Virus record (IMG/VR): IMGVR_UViG_3300045988_050777
Length of the DNA stretch: 58,612 bases
Reading direction: 5' to 3' (one strand)
DNA from: a virus
This document shows, piece after piece, positions 17,677-27,638 of this stretch; positions within the stretch are counted from its first letter, which is position 1, and every line of letters begins with the position of its first letter. The translations under genes were made by a program, and so were the position numbers. The notes under the pieces are model-generated. The model did no database searches, was not told the origin of the DNA, and worked only from the letters and a program-made list of their open reading frames with translations.

Positions 17677-18123
17677 TTGAAAGCTATGCTGATAATTGAT
17701 GTTCTTATCGTGTTTGCCGTGATAGTTGGCGTTCTGTTTGTGTTGCATAATTGGGGCGGCTACCTTGTAAACAAGTGGATGCCAGCCGACAATATGAAGC
17801 AAGGTGATGTGATGTACATTTACCTGAACAACGAATATAACAGGAAAGCGACCATTTCAAAGGTTGAGGAAAACCGTGTCTTTATCTATGACAAACTGCC
17901 TTTGCCTTTGTCCTATCGTGGCAAGTTCTATGCTGTTGGCGTAGATGTGTCGGATAACAGCCGTTTCCTATACATGAGGAAGCGTAGATATATCATACCG
18001 TGCCGGATTGTAGAGCGTTTCCGCAAATCTATAGGGCTGGATCAGTATCTGGATAATCTGCCAGTGAGTGAGGTTGAGGAAACGGAAGATAACGAGGAAA
18101 AGGAGGCAGAGGATGAAGTGTAG
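17677..18123 (+). CDS. Membrane-anchored hypothetical protein
   Basis: N-terminal TM helix and acidic C-terminus. Confidence 0.45.
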   Translation: MKAMLIIDVLIVFAVIVGVLFVLHNWGGYLVNKWMPADNMKQGDVMYIYLNNEYNRKATISKVEENRVFIYDKLPLPLSYRGKFYAVGVDVSDNSRFLYMRKRRYIIPCRIVERFRKSIGLDQYLDNLPVSEVEETEDNEEKEAEDEV

Positions 18124-19213
18124 CGAGATTACATATCGCCCTTTGTCGGAAATGGTGCTTTTGGAATCCAATCCGAGGACTATCAAGAAAGCCGATATGG
18201 ATCGGCTTGTGGATAGTATCAAGATTTACGGATTCTGGAAGCACCGACCTATTACGCTATCCGACCGGACGGGCAAACTGGTTGTGATAGCAGGAAACCA
18301 GCGTTTGAAAGCGGCTAAGAAATTGAAGCTGAAAGAAGTCCCTACCGTTGTCTATTCGGATCTTACGGAGGATGAGGAAAAGAATATCATTCTCCGGGAC
18401 AATATCAATAACGGAGAATGGGATTTCAACGCATTGCAAGTGGATGATGTCTGGAAAGATACCGATTTCAGCTTTATAGGTCTGACTATCCCGGAGGATG
18501 CAGAGCCTAAGAAGTCAAAGAAGAAAGCGGTTGAAGAGGATGAGCCGGAAGATGAGGCAGCGAGCGATGAGCAAGAGGATGGAAGCGAAGAGGCAAACGA
18601 CAAAGAGGCTTTCTACCGCTCCATGTTCAAAGATGTTTTGTATGAGAGCGACAACATTTTTGAGATCCCCAACTTGCTTCTGGAAATGCAAGCCGGAAAA
18701 CTGGAGTTGCCGTTATCTCCGTGGGGTGCAAACAGCCGTTTGAGGAAAGATGTAGCCACCTATCATTTCTATGTGGATGATTACAGGTTTGAGGCTCTTT
18801 TCAAAGATCCGATCAACTTGCTTGCAAGTGGCTGCAAAGCTGTGGTAGAGCCGAATTGTAGTTGCCACGACCAGACACCTATAGCGTGGGGCTTGCAACT
18901 CATCTACAAAAAACGGTGGTTATCCCGTTACTTCCAAGAGTGCGGTATAAGGGTGTATGCTGATTTGAATGTATCTCACAAATTCATAGAGTACAACAAA
19001 ATGGGGATTCCGAAAGGATATAATGCTTTCGCCACTCGTGGGCTGGACGGATGGATGGAAAGCCTTAAATCGGATCTCCAAGTAGCACAAGAGATTTCCT
19101 GGCTTGAAAAGCCTAACCTACTTGTTTATGGAGGCGGTAAGGATGTACAAGCGTTTTGCCGGAAACACGGGCTACTGTATGTAACCGATTTTATAAACGC
19201 AAAAAAGAAGTAG
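18113..19213 (+). CDS. ParB-like nuclease domain protein with DUF4417-like C-terminal domain
   Basis: ATG at 18113. LESNPRTI...VIAGNQRLKAAKKL (ParBc) and YHFYVDDYRFE in the C-terminal half. Confidence 0.6.
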   Translation: MKCSEITYRPLSEMVLLESNPRTIKKADMDRLVDSIKIYGFWKHRPITLSDRTGKLVVIAGNQRLKAAKKLKLKEVPTVVYSDLTEDEEKNIILRDNINNGEWDFNALQVDDVWKDTDFSFIGLTIPEDAEPKKSKKKAVEEDEPEDEAASDEQEDGSEEANDKEAFYRSMFKDVLYESDNIFEIPNLLLEMQAGKLELPLSPWGANSRLRKDVATYHFYVDDYRFEALFKDPINLLASGCKAVVEPNCSCHDQTPIAWGLQLIYKKRWLSRYFQECGIRVYADLNVSHKFIEYNKMGIPKGYNAFATRGLDGWMESLKSDLQVAQEISWLEKPNLLVYGGGKDVQAFCRKHGLLYVTDFINAKKK

Positions 19214-19218
19214 CGAAT

Positions 19219-19824
19219 ATGGGAAGAAATTCAAGCGGAACACGTGGAGGCTTACAGCCGGGCGATGCCACTTTCAAGGGTAAAGTTTCAAATGTAGAGC
19301 CGTTGGTGAACATGAAAGATCCAGCGGTGTACAAAGCGACCAAAGAAGCCATTTCCAGATACCATGCCGTACTGGGTGTAAGGCAGCGTAGTGTGAAGTT
19401 GGCGGATCTGCCAGCAGGAACATACGGAGTTCATGTAACGGCTAATGGCAAGTCTGATGGCGTGTATCTTAACAAGGCTCATTTCAACCAGTCAAGAAGT
19501 GCTATCGAGGCTTCGCATAGGAAAGGATATGCAAGCGGATGGAGTACCAAGACAAACAAGCCTATTGCGCACACAGTGACACACGAACTGGCACACGCAA
19601 CATGGAATCAGCACATGACGGGTGCAAAGCAAAAGGCGGCAGGAAAGGAGATCAACAAGCTATACACCCAATGGCGTAAGGATAAAAAGAAGTCCGGCTA
19701 TGGTAAGTATGCCGCAACCAATGTAAGTGAGTTCTGGGCTGAAACGGTGACGAAAGCCATACATGGAAAGTCCGACAAATACACAGCAGCGGTTAAGAAC
19801 ATAGCCAAGAAGTACAAATTATGA
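19219..19824 (+). CDS. HExxH-motif protein (putative zincin-like metallopeptidase)
   Basis: ATG at 19219. HTVTHELAHATW and SEFWAE. Confidence 0.4.
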   Translation: MGRNSSGTRGGLQPGDATFKGKVSNVEPLVNMKDPAVYKATKEAISRYHAVLGVRQRSVKLADLPAGTYGVHVTANGKSDGVYLNKAHFNQSRSAIEASHRKGYASGWSTKTNKPIAHTVTHELAHATWNQHMTGAKQKAAGKEINKLYTQWRKDKKKSGYGKYAATNVSEFWAETVTKAIHGKSDKYTAAVKNIAKKYKL

Positions 19825-19848
19825 GTATTTTTGTAACGTCTAAAGATA

Positions 19849-20085
19849 TTGAATATGAAAAAGATTGAACTTACAGAAAAAGAAATTGAGGTGATCCGCC
19901 AGCAACTCAACGGAGAAATTGAGGTGCATAGTGCCACCGAAGAGCAGCAACAGTTGCTCATGGGAGTAATTGACAAAGCAAACGATCTTCTGGATGAAGA
20001 AGATGCTTATGACGAACTGGAAGCGCAAGGCAATGACTTGATAGATTGGTATTGGAAGAAGTACCAAGAGCAGGAGAATGCCTAA
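19849..20085 (+). CDS. Small acidic hypothetical protein
   Basis: 78-aa ORF followed by a terminator. Confidence 0.4.
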   Translation: MNMKKIELTEKEIEVIRQQLNGEIEVHSATEEQQQLLMGVIDKANDLLDEEDAYDELEAQGNDLIDWYWKKYQEQENA

Positions 20086-20104
20086 GCAGACCGAATGAGA
20101 AAGA

Positions 20105-20136
20105 GAATCGGGTAAACTATATCCGATTTTCTTTTG
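20105..20136 (+). terminator. Rho-independent terminator at the end of the early operon
   Basis: Stem AATCGG/CCGATT followed by TTTTCTTTT. Confidence 0.5.
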
Positions 20137-20146
20137 GCTTTATAGC

Positions 20147-20161
20147 GTGTTCAATAAACAC
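20147..20161 (+). promoter_or_regulatory. GTGTT-N5-AACAC palindromic element upstream of 20170
   Basis: GTGTTCAATAAACAC, 8 nt before the ATG at the start of the packaging/late block. Confidence 0.4.
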
Positions 20162-20169
20162 AGATTGCT

Positions 20170-20571
20170 ATGATTAAAATGAGTTTCAGTATGCAGAAGA
20201 ATTTTTCCGATGTGGAAATTTCCACGCAAGGCGTAGAAGAAGCCGGAAGCGTTGAAGCCACATTGTACGATAAGATCAAGGAGGTAGTAAGGGAGTTGCC
20301 CCTATTCCTTGTTAGTGACAGCCTGAAAGTAGGAGTAGAAAACCATATTGTGACAGATGCGAGCAAAGAGGCTTTCCCGGTACTGACAAAGGGCTACAAG
20401 GTAACAACCAGCTTTAGCGGATATGAAACGGTGATGGGTAGTGTAGATACTACCATTGAAGCTATCTATCTGGATAAGGAGGGTAAGGAGTACAGCGAAA
20501 CGGATTGTTTGGTTGTGGCAAAGACATACGAAGAAGCAGAGAAAAAGAGGAAAGAATTGTTGAATGGCTAA
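20170..20571 (+). CDS. Hypothetical protein
   Basis: 133-aa ORF, first gene after the terminator. Confidence 0.45.
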   Translation: MIKMSFSMQKNFSDVEISTQGVEEAGSVEATLYDKIKEVVRELPLFLVSDSLKVGVENHIVTDASKEAFPVLTKGYKVTTSFSGYETVMGSVDTTIEAIYLDKEGKEYSETDCLVVAKTYEEAEKKRKELLNG

Positions 20572-20587
20572 CCCGTCTGTGGAATGA

Positions 20588-20609
20588 GAAAACAACGGGA
20601 AAACAACGG
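20588..20609 (+). repeat. Tandem 11-mer GAAAACAACGG x2 upstream of the small terminase
   Basis: Exact copies at 20588..20598 and 20599..20609. Confidence 0.6.
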
Positions 20610-20621
20610 AGAAGTTGAGAA

Positions 20622-21164
20622 ATGGCAAGATTTGAAAAGGGTAATTCAAAGGGTAACAGGTTCACGAAAGACAACCAGCCTGAAAACCCCGGCAGGAAGC
20701 CAAAGATATTTTCCATACTGAAAAAGAAGTACGGAATAAATCTGGCTTCCAATGGGACATTTACCCAAAGCCAGATTATTGATTTGCTCCAGTCGCTATT
20801 GAGTGTGGATATAAGGCAGACAACAGCCCTAAACCTATCGCTCAACAATGACATGAAGAAGATAGCGGAACAAATACGGAATGGCGAAACTCCAGATGCT
20901 CTAAGCAAGGATGAAGTGATAAGCCAAGTGTTTGTTGCGCTATCGCAGGCTATCAACAGGGAAACATCAAAGGGGGAAAGCTACACGATCCGTTGGATCA
21001 TTGAGTATCTGTTTGGGAAAGCCACACAGCCCATTGAGGGCGATGTGAATGCCCAAGTAACGACAACAAACAATGTGGATTTGTCCGCATTGAGTACGGA
21101 GGAACTATTGCAATACAATTCCTTACTTGAAAAGATCAGCATGAAGAAAGATGGCAAGAAGTAG
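20622..21164 (+). CDS. Putative terminase small subunit
   Basis: Basic N-terminus GNSKGNRFTKDNQPENPGRKP. Immediately upstream of, and overlapping, terL. Confidence 0.45.
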   Translation: MARFEKGNSKGNRFTKDNQPENPGRKPKIFSILKKKYGINLASNGTFTQSQIIDLLQSLLSVDIRQTTALNLSLNNDMKKIAEQIRNGETPDALSKDEVISQVFVALSQAINRETSKGESYTIRWIIEYLFGKATQPIEGDVNAQVTTTNNVDLSALSTEELLQYNSLLEKISMKKDGKK

Positions 21165-22584
21165 CAAGGCGATAACAGTACCTATGGGGCTTGCAGTCAA
21201 AATTGAGTTGTTCAAGCGTGGCTGTTTTGACTTCATTGTTTGCCGTGACGGTAAGAGGCACGACAAACAAGCTGATGCTTTGCGCATTCTTACCGATACA
21301 GAACACGTTGAAATCTTGTATGGTGGTGCGGCTGGTGGTGCTAAGTCGTGGACTGGTGCGGCATGGCTTATCTTCATGTGCCTTTGCTACCCCGGCACGA
21401 AGTGGTTTATAGGACGTGCGGAGTTGAAGCGTATAACCCAATCCACACTGATAACATTCTACCAAGTGTGCGCCCGTTACGGTGTGAATGATACGCTTTA
21501 TAAGTACAATGCCAACCTTAACTACATTGAGTTCTACAACGGATCACGCATTGACTTTCTGGATTTGCAATACAAGCCGGGTGATCCTCTGTATGAGCGT
21601 TACGGATCTATTGAGTTCACGGGCGGTTGGATTGAAGAGGGTGGAGAAGTAAACTTCGGTGCTTATGATACCCTCAAAACCCGTGTGGGGCGTTTCAAGA
21701 ATGAAGAATACGGGCTAAGGCGCAAACTGTTTATCACTTGCAACCCCAAAAAGAACTGGATGTATGATTTGTTTTACAAGCCTTTCACTACTGGCAAACT
21801 TCCAGAATACAAGTATTACATATCGTGCCTTGTGCAAGAGAATCCGTTTATTGATCCTGATTACATAGAGGGATTGAAAACGACCTCTGACAAAGTGAAG
21901 TTCGAGCGTCTGTTTAAGGGTAACTGGGAGTATGACGATAACCCAAATTCCCTTTGTTCCCATGATGCTATCATGGCGATATTCGGTAACAGGATCGCCA
22001 AGAAAACAGGCACTCACTACCTAACTGGAGATATTGCCCGTTTCGGTGCTGACTATGCGAGGATAGCCGTATGGGACGGATGGAATATCATAGACATAAG
22101 GAGTTTTCCCGTAAGCAAGACTACAGACATACAAGCGTACATTATCCGATGCCAGAAGAAGTACCGAATACCAAACTATCGGTGTATCGTGGATGAGGAC
22201 GGTGTGGGCGGTGGTGTTGTGGATAGTTGCGAGATACAGGGATTTGTGAACAACAGCCGTGCTTTGAAAGATGAGAACTACCAAAACTTGCAAGCGCAAT
22301 GCGGCTACAAGCTGGCAGAACATATCAACGCTTCCGATGTGGGCATAGATGAGGATCTGGTAAGTCAGGCGGACAAAGAGCAGATAGCGAGGGAACTTGA
22401 ACAACTGCAAACTTGGAAGCCGGACGATGACGGAAGTTTGAAGCTGAAACCAAAGGAGGCAATCAAGGAGGATTTAGGTTGTTCCCCGGACTGGCGGGAT
22501 ATGATGCTCATGCGATCGTGGTTTGACTACAACGAGTATGAGATACCAGACGATATAGAACGGAGATTAGGTTTAACCGGGTAA
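21151..22584 (+). CDS. terL: Terminase large subunit
   Basis: 477 aa. Walker A-like GGAAGGAKSW. Nuclease half with acidic motifs. Lies before the portal. Confidence 0.85.
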   Translation: MARSSKAITVPMGLAVKIELFKRGCFDFIVCRDGKRHDKQADALRILTDTEHVEILYGGAAGGAKSWTGAAWLIFMCLCYPGTKWFIGRAELKRITQSTLITFYQVCARYGVNDTLYKYNANLNYIEFYNGSRIDFLDLQYKPGDPLYERYGSIEFTGGWIEEGGEVNFGAYDTLKTRVGRFKNEEYGLRRKLFITCNPKKNWMYDLFYKPFTTGKLPEYKYYISCLVQENPFIDPDYIEGLKTTSDKVKFERLFKGNWEYDDNPNSLCSHDAIMAIFGNRIAKKTGTHYLTGDIARFGADYARIAVWDGWNIIDIRSFPVSKTTDIQAYIIRCQKKYRIPNYRCIVDEDGVGGGVVDSCEIQGFVNNSRALKDENYQNLQAQCGYKLAEHINASDVGIDEDLVSQADKEQIARELEQLQTWKPDDDGSLKLKPKEAIKEDLGCSPDWRDMMLMRSWFDYNEYEIPDDIERRLGLTG

Positions 22585-22595
22585 ATTCAAATAAT

Positions 22596-24020
22596 ATGGG
22601 ATTATTCAATGTACTGACAAACCAAGTGAAAGCGGCTGTTGGCTACCAGCAGAGCTTGACGGAGCTTTTGGATGCAAAGGATGTATCAAGAGCCTTAACG
22701 ATGATGCACGATCATTCCATTGTCGCTGCCAAGAATCTAAGAGATTACGAGGTAAGCAGCCACAAGATAATGGAAAGAAAGGATCGTGCGGTGTACGATA
22801 AGAAAGGCAATTTCTTACGCTGGAGCAAGAGGTGGAAAATTCCTATCCCCTACCAGCAGTTTATCAATGAAATTGCTTTGGTGTTCCTCTATGGCAGACC
22901 AGTAAAATGGGGGCAACTTTCAGAGGGGACGGATGAAGCATTTGAGAATTATAAAAACCTGAATGATGAAGTCCACTTCAATGCCCGTGTAAGGGAAGCC
23001 AAAAGAGCGGCTGGATCGGAGGGATCAGCGGCTATACTCTACCATGTGTATAGGGACAAAGAGGATAACCCACGTCTTTTGCTTAATGTGCTTTGCAAGA
23101 AGAATGGCGATGATATTTACACCGTAAAGGATCAGTATAGGAAACTCAAAGCCTTTGCGTGGGGCTACTATCTGACAGAGGCAGGGAATAGGACGGTTTA
23201 CCATGTGGATATTTACACAGCCGATACCATATACCGTGCGAAGCGTGGAAATATCGGCTGGGAGGTTGCGGTACTTCAAAACCCTATCGGGAAAATACCC
23301 GTGCTTCTGTTTGAACAAGAGGTTGAACACGCAGGAGTACAGCCGATGATCGAGCGATCGGAGGCTCTGGAAAGCACGGATGCTGATGTAAACGACCGCT
23401 TTGCAAATCCGGCTATGGTGGCAACTTCTGAAATTCTCAACTCATTGCCAAAGGCAGAGGATGAGGCTAAGTTGTTTATCCTCAAAAATGGCGGTGAGGT
23501 GAAATACCTTACATGGGATCAAGCCTCACAGAGCAAGGCTAACGAGTACGAGCGTCTGGATAAGCACATTCTTTCCAAGACTTTCACGCCAAACATTGAT
23601 TTTGACAACATGAAGAGTTTGGGCAACCTTTCCGCAAAGGCTATCCGAAAGGTTATGCTTCTGGCTGTTATCAAGGCGGAGAAGCGCAAGGAAACCCACG
23701 ATGATTACATGAATCGCCACGCAAGTATCATGCTTGCTATTATGGGGAATGTGTTGGACTATCGTAACAAATCCAAGTATGAGGCATTGAAACTGACACA
23801 CGAGTTTCAAGAGCCGTTCGGTGAAGATGTCAGTGAAACGCTTGCCGATGTGCTGAAACAGTACGGGGCTGGCGCACTCTCTTTGCAGTCCACTCTGGAA
23901 CTTTCCTACCTTGTGAAGAATGCCCAAAAGGAGTACGAGCAAATCAGCAAGGAGCAAGCCGAAGCAATGGAGCGGCAAATGGCACTTAACAGAACTGATG
24001 TATTTGGGGAGGGCGAATAA
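22596..24020 (+). CDS. Portal protein
   Basis: 474 aa, between terL and the minor head (gp7/MuF-like) protein. Confidence 0.75.
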   Translation: MGLFNVLTNQVKAAVGYQQSLTELLDAKDVSRALTMMHDHSIVAAKNLRDYEVSSHKIMERKDRAVYDKKGNFLRWSKRWKIPIPYQQFINEIALVFLYGRPVKWGQLSEGTDEAFENYKNLNDEVHFNARVREAKRAAGSEGSAAILYHVYRDKEDNPRLLLNVLCKKNGDDIYTVKDQYRKLKAFAWGYYLTEAGNRTVYHVDIYTADTIYRAKRGNIGWEVAVLQNPIGKIPVLLFEQEVEHAGVQPMIERSEALESTDADVNDRFANPAMVATSEILNSLPKAEDEAKLFILKNGGEVKYLTWDQASQSKANEYERLDKHILSKTFTPNIDFDNMKSLGNLSAKAIRKVMLLAVIKAEKRKETHDDYMNRHASIMLAIMGNVLDYRNKSKYEALKLTHEFQEPFGEDVSETLADVLKQYGAGALSLQSTLELSYLVKNAQKEYEQISKEQAEAMERQMALNRTDVFGEGE

Positions 24021-24313
24021 TGGAAATAAAGACAAAATTTAATGTTGGTGATAAGGTTTGGATCATGCGTGACAACAAGCCGGAGAATATCCGTATTGAC
24101 GGAGTAGAAATAAAGGTAAGGGGTGGAATCATACCCGGATCTGGCGGTATTCTTTCTGGTGAACTATATACAAACATTTTGTATGTGGAAATACAGCGCA
24201 ACGATAATCGTTGCGCTGGTGATAAAGATCCTATTTACTACCACAATGAATGTAGCTGTTTCAGCACCAAAAAGGAGTTGTTAGATAGCTTTCTAAATGA
24301 AGATGAAAAGTGA
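24020..24313 (+). CDS. Hypothetical protein
   Basis: 97-aa ORF with an ATGG/TAA overlap to the portal. Confidence 0.4.
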   Translation: MEIKTKFNVGDKVWIMRDNKPENIRIDGVEIKVRGGIIPGSGGILSGELYTNILYVEIQRNDNRCAGDKDPIYYHNECSCFSTKKELLDSFLNEDEK

Positions 24314-24489
24314 TGGCAAAGAAACTGAAACGATCCGAAATAAAGTACCATTGTAGGGAGTGCAAGCACTCTCACAGCTACCATGAATTGAACTGGAAAG
24401 GCGAGCCGTTTTTGTGCAAATGCCCGTTCCACAAGTATTCAAAGTTTCTGGATAGTGATTGGTGCGAACATTTTCAAAAGAAAGGGTAA
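24313..24489 (+). CDS. Small zinc-ribbon-like protein (58 aa, below the ORF-track cutoff)
   Basis: MAKKLKRSEIKYHCRECKH...CKCPFH...CEH. Its ATG overlaps the preceding TGA. Confidence 0.35.
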   Translation: MAKKLKRSEIKYHCRECKHSHSYHELNWKGEPFLCKCPFHKYSKFLDSDWCEHFQKKG

Positions 24490-24495
24490 CGGAGT

Positions 24496-26949
24496 ATGGC
24501 TAAGTACATAAACGAAAAGAAGCTACAGCAGGAGTTATTCAAGCGCACGGAGGGGTATGCTGCCGAAGTGCGTAAAATATATCTGGATTCACTGGGTAAA
24601 ATCATTGAGCTTGTGAAAGGCACGGAGCTTGAAGATGGTAAGCCGTTTTCCTTTTCGGAGTATGGCTACAGTGAAGATGTTACGCCCATACTTCGCAATA
24701 TGTACAGCCAGACTTACCAGACGATCCGAAACAGCGTACAAAAGGAGTGGCTTTTATCCAACGAAAATAACGATGCTTTGGTTAAAAGTGTGTTTGGTGA
24801 ACAATCTATAGAGGATAACCACTTTGCCCGGTTCTTTCTCCGCAACATGGAGGCTATGGATGCTTTCTTTGCCAGAAAGACAAAGGACGGCTTAAACCTA
24901 TCGCAAAAGGTTTGGAAGTACACAGGGATGTACAAAGAAGAGCTTGAAAAGACTTTGGATCTGGCTATCGGTGAGGGCATACCAGCCAACAGGCTTGCAA
25001 CCAAGATTAAAGAGTACCTGAACGACCCGGATAGGTGGTACAGGCGTTTCCGTGTGAAGATCGGAGAAGATGAGAACGGAAATCCTATCTATGGCAGGAA
25101 ATGGAAACGCAGGGTGTACGACCAAACAACAGAAACCTACAAATGGGTGGATGATGATCCGAAGAAATACCACCCCGGAAAGGGTGTTTACCGTTCCTCA
25201 TATCGTAACGCTCAAAGGCTTGCCCGGACAGAAACAAACATTGCCTATAGGACTGCCGACTACACCCGTTGGGAGCAACTGGATTTTGTGGTAGGCATTG
25301 AAATCAAGTTGAGCAACAACCACCCCATACATGACATTTGCGATGATCTGAAAGGGATCTATCCGAAAACATTCAAATGGACTGGCTGGCATCCTAACTG
25401 TAGGTGCTATCAAGTGCCAGTGCTGGCAAAGGATGAGGAAATAGAAAAGATGTTGGATCGGCTTCTGGAGGATGAGAACGCTACACTTGAAAACAGCGAG
25501 AATGCCGTAGAGGACTTTCCTACACATTTCAAAGGATGGGTAAAGGCTAATGAGGATCGTATCAATGAAGCGACCTCAAAGGGAACTTTGCCGTACTTCA
25601 TACGGGACAATAAAAGCGGTGTGGATGAGATATTGCACCCTCTGACACCAGAACAGAAGCATCATAAGGAATTGGTAGGTAAATACGGAGAAAGTGCCGT
25701 ACAAGCCTTATATGATGCTTTTGATGCGTTCAAGGCAAAAATATCCGTAGGGGATCTTCCGTACCAGATAAAGAAGCTGGAGTTTGAAAAGAAATGGGTA
25801 GCCGACAAAAACAAGTTTCCGACTTCGCCAGAAATGGTGAAGATGCTTGAAAAGGAACTGGAATCCGTAAAGGCTCAATATGAAATACAGTTAGCCGTAG
25901 ATGCTGCCAAACCTTTGCTGGAGTACAAGAGCAAAAGCAAGCCTTTGAAAGCATTGCAAAATGAACTGAATGAGGCTATCAATGGCGGAAAGACTGCAAC
26001 GGAGATTAGAACACTGACTGATAAGGTTAAAGCGAAGATCTATGAGGTAGAGAAAGCCAGACTTTCAAAGCTGGCAAAGCAAGGTGATGGATCTACCATT
26101 GACTTGTACGCTACAGCGGAAGAGAAGTTGGAAATTGCCCGGCTTCAAGATGCTTATGATAAGGCTTTGGCTCAATACGGTAGCCAGTGGGATAGTAATG
26201 TTGGGTATGCCTACAAGCGTCTTGCTGAATACAAGAAAGAACTTGCATTGAAGTATGTTGATAAGCAAGGCAAACTGGTTAAACTGAACGGAGAAACGGA
26301 AGAACTTGCGAAAAAGGCTCTGGATGAGTATGTCAATGCACCTGTAAACCATTCCGGGAATAATGCTATTGGTGGCAGATGGCAGAACTACAGTAGCGAA
26401 GAGGATAAGATGAGGGCATACAGCAAAAAGACTGGCATTCCAGTAGATGAGCTTGCTTTGATCAATCGCTACACCTATGGCTCTAAATGGTGCAATAATT
26501 ATGGCTATGGCATAGTAGATCCGTACTTCGGGAAAGTTGAGGATTACGGAGGATTGTGCCAGAAATACTATCCGGCTCATAACGCAGCACTGGAGAAAAT
26601 GCCACGGTATAACGGTACTGTTTTATCTGGTATTAGCTTTGATTCTATGAAGCTGGAGAAGTATATCAAGGAAATGCAACAGTGCTTATCGTCTGGAACT
26701 CCGTATGTAAACAAGGCTTTTATGTCAAGCACCACAAGCATAGAGAACACGGCAATCTTTGGCGATAACCTTATGCTGGTGATCAAGAGCAAGAAAGGTG
26801 TGGATGTGAAAGCCATATCACACTACCCCAATGAAGATGAGGTTGTGTTTCGTGCCGGATCACGCTTCAAGGTGCTAAAGGTGTACCAAGAAACAGAGCG
26901 CAAATTTGGCTTTGGTAAAGGATGGGTAGTTGAACTGGAAGAGTTATAA
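24496..26949 (+). CDS. Minor head protein (SPP1 gp7 / Mu F-like) fused to a C-terminal ADP-ribosyltransferase domain
   Basis: NAQRLARTETNIAYRTADY (gp7/MuF motif). C-terminal R-S-E ART motifs: PRYNG, FMSSTTS, NEDEVVF. Confidence 0.8.
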   Translation: MAKYINEKKLQQELFKRTEGYAAEVRKIYLDSLGKIIELVKGTELEDGKPFSFSEYGYSEDVTPILRNMYSQTYQTIRNSVQKEWLLSNENNDALVKSVFGEQSIEDNHFARFFLRNMEAMDAFFARKTKDGLNLSQKVWKYTGMYKEELEKTLDLAIGEGIPANRLATKIKEYLNDPDRWYRRFRVKIGEDENGNPIYGRKWKRRVYDQTTETYKWVDDDPKKYHPGKGVYRSSYRNAQRLARTETNIAYRTADYTRWEQLDFVVGIEIKLSNNHPIHDICDDLKGIYPKTFKWTGWHPNCRCYQVPVLAKDEEIEKMLDRLLEDENATLENSENAVEDFPTHFKGWVKANEDRINEATSKGTLPYFIRDNKSGVDEILHPLTPEQKHHKELVGKYGESAVQALYDAFDAFKAKISVGDLPYQIKKLEFEKKWVADKNKFPTSPEMVKMLEKELESVKAQYEIQLAVDAAKPLLEYKSKSKPLKALQNELNEAINGGKTATEIRTLTDKVKAKIYEVEKARLSKLAKQGDGSTIDLYATAEEKLEIARLQDAYDKALAQYGSQWDSNVGYAYKRLAEYKKELALKYVDKQGKLVKLNGETEELAKKALDEYVNAPVNHSGNNAIGGRWQNYSSEEDKMRAYSKKTGIPVDELALINRYTYGSKWCNNYGYGIVDPYFGKVEDYGGLCQKYYPAHNAALEKMPRYNGTVLSGISFDSMKLEKYIKEMQQCLSSGTPYVNKAFMSSTTSIENTAIFGDNLMLVIKSKKGVDVKAISHYPNEDEVVFRAGSRFKVLKVYQETERKFGFGKGWVVELEEL

Positions 26950-26968
26950 CCACTAATTATAAAACACT

Positions 26969-27289
26969 ATGAAGATAGTAAGAAACCATTTTATTCCGTT
27001 CAAAGGATTCAAGGCTGTAAACCTTTTCGGAATCCTGTTTGTGAGAAAAGAGGCTGAATTGACCTCTACAGTGATCAATCATGAGTATATCCATACAGCG
27101 CAAATGAAAGAGCTTCTGTATGTGTTCTTTTACTTGTGGTATCTGGTAGAGTGGATCGTGCGTTTGTTCCAGAAAGGCAACGCATACCGCCAAATTTCGT
27201 TTGAAAGGGAAGCATACGCAAATGAAGATGATTTTGCCTACCTTTCAAATAGGAAACATTACTCATTTGTCCGCTATCTGAAAAGGTAG
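26969..27289 (+). CDS. Small HExxH-motif protein with a hydrophobic helix
   Basis: VINHEYIHTAQ and FEREAY. 106 aa. Confidence 0.4.
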   Translation: MKIVRNHFIPFKGFKAVNLFGILFVRKEAELTSTVINHEYIHTAQMKELLYVFFYLWYLVEWIVRLFQKGNAYRQISFEREAYANEDDFAYLSNRKHYSFVRYLKR

Positions 27290-27303
27290 GCAACAATGGA
27301 AGA

Positions 27304-27330
27304 AAGAGAGGTTTTTAAGCCTCTCTTTTG
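27304..27330. terminator. Bidirectional hairpin between convergent genes
   Basis: 8-bp stem AAGAGAGG/CCTCTCTT with an 8-nt loop, flanked by A and T runs. Confidence 0.5.
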
Positions 27331-27638
27331 CCAGTTTCAAATGACTTTTCCCAATTCGTAGTATCTCCGTATGGATTTGGGGATTTACCGGGTAAATAGT
27401 CATTGATAAGTTCCTTTTTCCACTCATTGTAGGCTTCTGTAAGGCTTTTCTTTGTGTCAGCCTTATCAAGATACCCGAAGTGGAAATTACGCTCATATTC
27501 CCAAAAAGAAGCGGCTAAGGGATGGAATGTGTCTTTGGTGTACGGATTCTCCTTTTCGCCCTTATACCAATGGTAATTTGAGTAATCTTCTGTTATGCCG
27601 GAAAAGAATCCGGCTTTGTTCCAATCTTCATTTGCCAT
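27315..27638 (-). CDS. Hypothetical protein
   Basis: 107-aa ORF, last gene of the leftward accessory island. Confidence 0.45.
   Translation of the reverse strand: MANEDWNKAGFFSGITEDYSNYHWYKGEKENPYTKDTFHPLAASFWEYERNFHFGYLDKADTKKSLTEAYNEWKKELINDYLPGKSPNPYGDTTNWEKSFETGKREA

Noticed and set aside
20588-20609. Tandem GAAAACAACGG x2 as a pac/cos site
   Set aside because: There are only two copies, purine-rich, directly upstream of a start codon. They may be a translation-initiation context. Nothing in the sequence alone supports a packaging role.
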